Assembly (NCBI GenBank): GCA_002269645.1
Contig: NIVC01000337.1
Span: 434,001 to 498,000, forward strand
Source of the DNA: Macrostomum lignano
Taxonomy: Eukaryota
Direction: 5' to 3'
Length of the DNA: 64,000 bases
Shown here piece by piece: positions 56,300 through 64,000 of the stretch (positions are counted from its first letter, which is position 1; the number at the start of each line of letters is the position of its first letter). The notes beneath the pieces were generated by a model that saw only the letters and a list, made by a program, of their open reading frames with translations, was not told the origin of the DNA and did not search any database. The position numbers and the translations under genes are program-made.

Positions 56300-59140
56300 G
56301 GACAAATTACTTCGCTATGGACTCCCAAACCGCTCAACCAAATTACACCAAACTTTACACCCACCCTAAACTTACTACGGAGAATGTCTTAGGCTACTTT
56401 TAAATTTCCTAAATTTGAGTCTTCCCACCTAAAAGTGCAAAAAACTGCTCAAAATGCGCGATTTTTTCACTTAATCCTCCATAGCGCCGCTTCACTTCTA
56501 CCGATTCTCTTCAAATTTGACACAGGCAATTTTCAACTATTTTGACACAATCGTGTAAAATTTCAAATTTCAAAGTTAATCCTGAAAGCCGCTGTGCACT
56601 TTTAAAGTTAGGCTGTTTTTTTCAGCGAGGCAGCCACCCCAACCTCCGCCCGCCTGCCTCTCTTTCCTGATCTGGGCATAGGGTGTGAATAGGTTTTAAA
56701 ATGCCTAACTTTTGGCTGCCATAGTTTTGCTCCACGTGAAGCGATTGACTTCAAACTTGACAAAATTCTTTATTGACTCATTCTCTGCCTACATGTAAAG
56801 TCTCAACTCTGTATCTCAATCAGGACAGAAACTGTAAGCATGGGAAGTTTGTCTGCTTTTTCTGTTGTTTGTGCCGCTCACTCACTCATTCCCCCAGCTC
56901 AGAAGAAGGGTCAGGCGATAGGGCTCAATGTACATAGCGAATGTACAGTGTTTTGGAATAACTTTTTAATAGCCTTCTCTGTACCCCGCGAGTGGAGAGG
57001 CGTGGAGAGGAGAGAGTTTAGCGAGAGATTCAATTTTAAACCACTTTCCTTTCCTCTGAATAGATAAGTCTGCAGCAGTTAAACAAGGATGGCAAATCAA
57101 GGCGATGTGGGATGGTTTATAAAAATATCGAAAAATTAATGAATAACTTATTACAATGCAATCCTACTAAATTAGTTGCACCATAAAAATTTTAACATTA
57201 AGATTCGCATAAGGTACTTTAAAATTTAAATGGCCTCCTAAGAAATGCATATTTCCATGGTTGTTAGACTGCTGCAGACTGTGGTGGTGGAGCTGGAGAT
57301 ATACAAATTTCTCTCAGCGCTGCTAATTGACCAGAAAGATGACGTGATTAAAGCATGGGAAATGATAACAACCATGATAGTACTATGTCCCACAACCTGG
57401 CTTTCGAAGCAGGGATCGGCAGATTTTTATCTCAAAGGCCAGATAAAGAATCCAGCTCATGGCTACGGGCCAGATGAGAGTGAAAAGGAAAAGGAATAGA
57501 CTATTTGAAAGGGAGGAGGGGCGAGAGGGGATAAAAGAAAAGATAGAAGATAACAGGAGAGACATGCGAGGAGGTTGAGGAGAGAGCAGAGAATATGGGA
57601 TGAAGAAGCGAGAGGAGGGGAGAGAGAAGGGAGAGGAAATAGTAAAGGTGAGAAGATGGAGAGAGAAGAGGGGAGAGATGAGACAGAGGATCGATGAGAG
57701 AGGAGAGTAGAGAAGAGTGAGATGAGAGTATCGAGAGGGGGGATTAGAAAGGATATAGGAGAGGAGATAAGAGGGGGAGAGACGAGTGAGAAGAGAGAAG
57801 ATAGAGATGAGAGAGAGAGAGTTGAGAAAGAAGAGAGGACAAAGGAGAGATGATAGAGTAAAGGGAAGAGGAGGAGAGAGGAAAGAGATGAGATTGTAGA
57901 GATGAGTGAGATGAAAGAAAATATGAGAGAGTAGAGTAGAGATTAGAGATGAAGGAAGAGAGAGCAGAGTGCGGAGAGACAAGAAAAGAGAATAGAGGGG
58001 AGAGAGTATAAAAGAGGGAAGAGAAGAGAGGAGTAAGGAAAGAGAGGAGTCAGAAGAGGGGAAGAGAATAGTACACAGTAGAGAGGAGAGTAGAGATGAC
58101 AGAAGAGAGAGGGGAATGAGAGAGCAAAGATGAGAGTAAACAGACAATATAAGAGAGGAGAGAGGAGAGTGAGAGAGAAGAGAGAAGACAAGAGAGGGAG
58201 AGAGTATAGAAGAGAGAAGAGAAGAGACGAGAAGAAAGAAGAAAGGATCGAGTCCTCCTGAGTCAAAAAGGGGAAAGAGAGGAGTACAAGGGGAGAGAGG
58301 TGAGAGAACATATGAGAGTAAAGATGACAGATAAGAGAGGGGAGATGAGAGAGCAGAAACGAGAGTGAACAGACGAGAGATGGGAGAGTAGAGAGAAAAG
58401 AGGAGAGATAAGAAATAAGGGATGAGAGGTGGAGACGGGAGAGATGAGAAGTGAGTGAGGAGAGAGGAGGGGAAGGGAGAGAATCGAGAGGACAGGGGAA
58501 ATTGGTGAAATGGACGAGAGAGGAGAGGAAAGAGTTGAGAGAAGAGAGGAAAAAGGAGAGAGTAGAGATAAGGAAAGTGTTAAGAGAGGGAGTTAAGTAA
58601 GGAGTGAGAAGAGAGGTGAGAGAAGAGAGAGCAGAGAGCAGAGGGAGAGAGAGTAGAGAGCAGAGAGAAATGAGAAAATATAAAACAGGAGAAAGGAGAT
58701 ATGAGAGACCAGAGACCAGAGCGAAGAGAGGAGAAGAGAGAGAAAAGAATAGAGGGGAGAGGGAAGAGACGAGAGAGGAGACGAGAGAGGAGAGAAGAAA
58801 GAAGAGATAAGAGGGGAGAGAGAGAAGACGAGAGAGAAGATAGGAAACAGAAAAGAAGATGGAAGTTTCAAAGGATGCAAAGGACATAGGGAGAGGCAGA
58901 GGTACGTAGAGGCCAGAGTTTGCCTGCATTCTGCGCAGCACCCCAGCCAACAATATCAATGTTTGCCTCAAATCCTAATTATATGAATATACACTATTTT
59001 ATGTTTAACTCTATCCTAACTATTAACAAGGGAACAAGTTTTTGTTTGAGTTTTACCTCAGATTTTAGAGTACATGCAAAAATCATTCCGGGGAATGGAG
59101 TTCCCCGGGTTCAAAATCCGCGGGTTTCAACAGCTTGTAG
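56244..59140 (+). mobile_element. Helitron-like element with a long GA-rich tract (57480-58900)
   Basis: Starts A|TCTCTACCTATAAAAATC followed by (TCTG)n. A GC-rich imperfect hairpin near 59105-59125 precedes CTTGT. The 3' boundary is approximate. Confidence 0.45.
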
Positions 59141-59167
59141 AATTATAGATATAAGTCAAAAGCATAG

Positions 59168-60609
59168 TCTTATATCTAAAGCTGAGTGGATCGATCGACC
59201 GGCCGGGTTTAACGCGTATCTCCTCCTAGACGGCTGCCAACTCAAATGCGAGACTTATATATATCAATGTATAATTTTCCTACGCAACAAATAGGCTATT
59301 TTAATGTTGAAAATTTAAAAGTTAAGTCTGTTAAAAAAGCAGAAAACTGTTTTCTTAACCTTCTTTGGCCACTTTGCCTCTCCAGTGGCATAGTTGTAAA
59401 AACAACCACCCCAACCTCCTTCCGCGGGTCGCTGTGTTTTGGAGGGGTGGGTGATGCGTGTTCTGGGTTCAATGCTAATAAAACCGCGTGTTGGGGTGGG
59501 GGTGCAGTAAAATTTAATGATTCCCCAGGAATAGGGGGGAGGGTTTGGGCTGAGTGTACATAGCAAAGTACATTGTAAACAGAGAGATTCAATTGGTTTT
59601 ATTACCGGCGCCTTTTAAAAGGCAGCCCTGTGTATTAGCTGGACAGTGAAATTCAATGAATAAACAGAAGGCAGGTGTATGTACACGCGATACTTAATGC
59701 TTTACATCGGGAAGTTCAAACGTTAAATGTTCCTCGAATTTTAAACTTTGAGAGAAGAGACTTATATTGCTGGAAGGATCTTGCAACGCTGAATTCGGGG
59801 ATGTAAGTTATTTGCTTTAAATATGAAAACAAAAAGCACAGCATTGAAAAAACGATTTCCATACTTTTAAACTTTCTGCCAAGATTGTAGTTGGGCGGCG
59901 GGGGGTTGCGTACACAAATTCAAGCCAGCTTTCATTTGAGTAATTTCAGTAATGGAGGAGGCGGGTGACAAATTTCAATTGGCTTGATTATCGGCGCTTT
60001 CAGTCCGTCAGATAAGAGAGTAGAGAGAAGAGAGGATAGAAAGATGATAGAAAAGACAGTAGATATGAGAGATGAGAGATTAAAGACGACAGAGGGGAGA
60101 GAAGAGGGGAGTGAGGCGGGAATGATGAAGAGGGAGAGCGAAGAGAATGTAGAGGGAAGAAAGGAGGGGAGAGAGGAAAAATGAGAGAGCAAAGGAGGGA
60201 GAAAAAAAGATAGGAGGAGAGAGGAGGGATAAGAGAGTACAGAGGAGAGAGAAGAGAGAGGAGAGATAAGACAGGAGACGGTAGAGAGGAGAGGGGAAGA
60301 ATGAGAGATGAAAAAGGAGAGGGTAAGAGAGAAAATAGGAGTATGAGAAATGAGAGCAGAGAGAAGAGATTAGATAAAGGAGCAAAGAGGAGAGAGGAGA
60401 CAGGAGAGATTCTCAGTCTGGACGATGGCAGGCAGTCAATTTTTGCAAACAGGTAAAACAACATGGTTTTTGGGAGGTTAATAGAGGATTTGGAGAGGAT
60501 TTGGACGATGAGATTCGTGTCATTGGATTCAGCTGATGGATTTCAGGGAATGAAATTCTGGCGATGGGAGTTCTATCCCCTTACTCCGCCAACGGAGGAG
60601 TTGGCCTCG
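59168..60609 (+). mobile_element. Helitron-like element with a TCTTATATCTAAAGCTGAG 5' end
   Basis: Ends CTCCGCCAACGGAG hairpin then GAGTTGGCCTCG|TC. Paralogous to the element starting at 62682. Confidence 0.6.
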
Positions 60610-62681
60610 TCTCCTAATACTAAAACCGACGCGATGTTTGTCTGTCTGTCTGTCTGTATGTAGCAAGTGAACTCCTACAATTCTGCCAAGTCAGCGTCAA
60701 AACTTATATGGGAAAACTGCAAATTTTCCGGAGCAGGCTTTAGGCTATTTTAATTTTTTCCTAATACTAAAACCGACGCGATGTTTGTCTGTCTGTCTGT
60801 CTGTCTGTATGTTGCAAGTGAACTCCTACAATTCTGGTAAGTCAGCGTCGAAACTTATATGGGAAAACTGCAAATTTTCCGGAGCAGGCTTTAGGCTATT
60901 TTAATTTTTAATTTTCACATTTTAACATCCCTAAAAAAGCATAAATCTGCTTTTTTAACCCCCAATAACCTTCTTTGGCCACTCTGCCTGGGGCTGCAGC
61001 CAGTTTGTAAAAATAGCCACCCCAACCTCCGCCCGCGGGCCGCTGTGTATTGAGGGGTGGTGGGTGCGCGTGTTCTGGGTTCAATGCAAATAAAACCCCC
61101 CGCGTATTGGGGGGTTGAATTAAATTTAATGCTTCCCCCAGAACGGGGGTTGGGCTTGGGCTGAGTGTACATAGCAGTTGTACAGTGTAAATAGATAGAC
61201 TGTGTCGAGATTCATTTGGTTTTATTATTGGCAGCCCTGTGTATTAGTTTGGCAGTGAAATTCAATGAATAAACTTGCGAGCTTCTCTAGCAAGCAGTCG
61301 GGAAATCGGTAAATTTCAAACGCTAACTGTTCCTCGAGTTTTAAACTTTGAGAGGAGAGACTTATATTGCTGGAAAGATCTTGCAGCGCTGAGTTCGGGG
61401 ATATAAGTTGTATGCTTTAAATATGAAAAGAGAAAGCACCGCATTTAAAAAACTATTTCCATACTTTTAACTTTCTGCAAAAATTGTACTCAGTTTTGCG
61501 AGACGTAATAGATAAAGTTGGGCGTATTGGAAGGGGGTCTGCCGCTGCGTATTGGAGGGTTGATTTAGATTGCGCAACCGTTTATTTAACTTTAAATAAG
61601 ACTGATACTGTCTGACTGAGAAATGGTTTGCGCAATTAATTGATTCAATTAATTCAACACGCAGCTCTATGCAGCTCTAACCCTAACCCTAACCAATGAG
61701 TTCTGAGAGTTAAGTTCTTTTTGACAGAGAAAATTTCGATTGAGTCCAGTTTCACGGAGTATTCTGATGGTTTTCGGTTTCACGGAGAGGATTTCTTTTT
61801 CGTGGAGAGAATCTAGATGTATTTCTGTTTTACGGAGACGATTTTGATGGATGTCAGTTTCACTCAGAGGATTTCCATGGAGCCCAGTTTCACGGAGAGG
61901 ATTTCTGTTTCGCGGATTGGATTTCGAAAGGAGTCCAGTTTCACGGAGAGGGTTTCTGTTTCGCGGAGAGGATTTCTGTTTCGCGGAGAGGATTTCTGTT
62001 TCGCGGAGAGGATTTCTGTTTCACGAAGGGATTTTTATGGATTTGGTATCTTCAGTCAGTCAGTAAAGAGGGTAAAGAGAAGAGTGAAAAGAGAAGAGAG
62101 AAGAGATTATAGAAAAGAGAGTAGAGATGAGAGAGGACAGATTAGACATGACAGATGGGAGAGAAGAGGGGAGTAAGGCGGGAACGAAGAGGGAGAGAGA
62201 AGAAAAGAGGAGAGAGGAGATGAGAGGGAAGATATGAGATAGCAGAGGGAGACAGGAGAGATGAGAGGAGAGAGAAGAGAGGAGCTGAGAGTAGAGGAGA
62301 AAGAAATAGTGAGATGAGGCATGAGGGATGAGAGATGAGAGAGGAGAGAAGAGAGGAGAGAGGAGAAAACAGGGGATAAAGGAGACAGGAGAGAAAGACG
62401 AAAGACGAGGGAGAAGAGATAAATAAGGTGGTAGAGATGAGAGACGTGAGAGGAGAGAAAAGAGAAGAGAGGAGACAGAAGAATCTGAGTCTGGACAATG
62501 GCAGTCAGTTTTTGCGAACAGGGAAAACAAGATATGGTATTTGAAAGGCTTTACAGAGGATTTGGAGATGATTTGGAAGATGGGATTCAAGTCATGGAAT
62601 TTCAGCTGATGGATTTCAGGGAATGGAATTCCGGTGATGGGAGTTCTTCCCCTTTCTCCTCCATCGGAGGAGTTGGCCTCG
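60610..62681 (+). mobile_element. Helitron-like element C copy with a duplicated ~150 bp 5' end (60610-60758)
   Basis: TC 5' start and GGCCTCG 3' end; inverted near-identical copy at 40695-42619. Confidence 0.65.
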
Positions 62682-64000
62682 TCTTATATCTAAAGCTGAG
62701 TGGGTCGATCGACCGGCCGGGTTTAACGCGTATCTCCTCCTAGACGGCTGGCAACTCAAATGCGGGACTTACATATATCAATTCAGAATTTTCCTACGCA
62801 ACAAATAGGCTATTTTAATGTTGAAAAATTAAAAGTCAAGTCCGTTAAAAAAGCAAAAAGCTGTTTTCTTAACCTTCTTTGGCCACTTTGCCTCTCCAGT
62901 GGCATTATTGTAAAAACAACCACCCAACCTCCCCCGCAGGTCGCTGTGTATTGGAGGGGTGGTTGATGCGTGTTCTGGGTTCAATGCTAATAAAACCCCC
63001 GCGTGTTGGGGGTTCAGTTAAATTTAATGCTTCCCTCCAGAACGGAGGGTTGGTTTGGGCTGAGTGTACATAGCAATGTACATTGTAAACAGATAGATAG
63101 GACTGTGTCGAGATTCAATTGGTTTTACTATCGGCGCCTTTCAAAAGGCAGCCTGTCTGTATATTAGCTGGGCAGTGAAATTCAATGAATAAACAGCAGG
63201 CAGGTGAATGTACACTCGATACTTAATGCTTTGAACCGGGAAGTTCAGACGTTAACTGTTCCTTTTTTTTAACTTTGAGAGGAGAGACTTATATTGCTGG
63301 AAGGATCTTGCAACGCTGAATTCGGGGATATAAGTTATTTGCTTTAAATATGAAAACAAAAAGCACAGCATTGAAAAAACGATTCCATACTTTTAAAATT
63401 TCTGCCAAGATTGTAGTTGGTTGGGGGGGGGGGGGTTGAGTACACAAATTCAGGCCAGCTATCATTTGAGTAAATTCAGTAATGGAGGAGGCGGGTAACA
63501 AATTTCAATTGGTTTGATTATCGGCGCTTTCAGTCCGTCAGATAAGAGAGTAAAGAGAAGAGAGATTTCAAGGAGAAGAGAGGATAGAAAGATGATAGAA
63601 AGACAGTAGATATGAGAGATAAGAGATTAAAGACGACAGAGCCAGAGGGGAGAGAAGAGGGGAGTGAGGCGGGAATGATGAAGAGGGAGAGCGAAGAGAA
63701 GAGAAAGTAGAGGGAAGAAAGGAGGGGAGAGAGGAAAATGAGAGAGCAAAGGAGGGAGGAAAGATGGGAGGAGAGAGGAGGGATAAGATAGTACAGAGGA
63801 GAGAGAAGAGAGAGGAGAGATGAGACAGGAGACGGTAGAGAGAAGAGGGGAAAGATGAGAGATGAAGAGGGAGAGGGTAAGAGAGAAAATAGGAGTATGA
63901 GAATTGAGAGCAGAGAGGAGAGACGAGAGAGAAAAAAGAGGAGAGAGAGAGGACAGGGTAGAGGAGAGGCGATAGATAAGCGAGTAGAGATGAGAGATGA
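62682..64000 (+). mobile_element. Helitron-like element paralogous to 59168-60609, truncated by the window end
   Basis: Begins CTCG|TCTTATATCTAAAGCTGAGTGG and is collinear with 59168 onward. Confidence 0.6.

Noticed and set aside
57383-60464. L/S/F-rich ORFs resembling membrane proteins (also 40408..41316 and 62060..62590)
   Set aside because: Translations of GA/CT low-complexity tracts inside repeated elements.
1-64000. CRISPR array interpretation of the regular repeats
   Set aside because: Units are contiguous with no unique spacers, there are no cas genes, and the context is eukaryotic with spliced genes.
56244-64000. Autonomous Helitron or retrotransposon coding capacity
   Set aside because: No Rep/helicase, RT or integrase motifs were seen in any frame; the elements appear non-autonomous.

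Overview
Eukaryotic (animal) genomic DNA, not prokaryotic. GC-rich spliced exons sit among many unrelated 20-51 bp minisatellites, a style that suggests a free-living flatworm such as Macrostomum (inference, not verified). All recognisable genes are on the minus strand: (1) a C2H2-finger orphan gene (55244 to ~51.3-51.4 kb); (2) a complete 5-exon site-1 protease MBTPS1 (47672-34220, ~1049 aa); (3) a complete 7-exon RBBP6/Mpe1-like gene (31240-23139, ~775 aa); (4) a 2-exon class I SAM methyltransferase (20301-18057, 278 aa) of bacterial-like appearance; (5) a damaged tandem paralogue of it (16221-14524). Mobile DNA includes head-to-tail Helitron-like non-autonomous elements (35.7-42.8 kb in MBTPS1 intron 4, and 56.2-64 kb), a deleted mariner with TIRs and TA duplication (50370-51191), and foldback/MITE-like palindromes. 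The most striking observations are minisatellites whose unit is a splice acceptor (one also carries the exon start in frame within the S1P catalytic domain), a 7.1 kb Helitron-like concatemer that splits a minisatellite with no target duplication, and the methyltransferase duplication with a microhomology-bounded in-frame deletion. Most long ORFs in the supplied track are translations of repeats. No gene could be supported in 1-14.4 kb.
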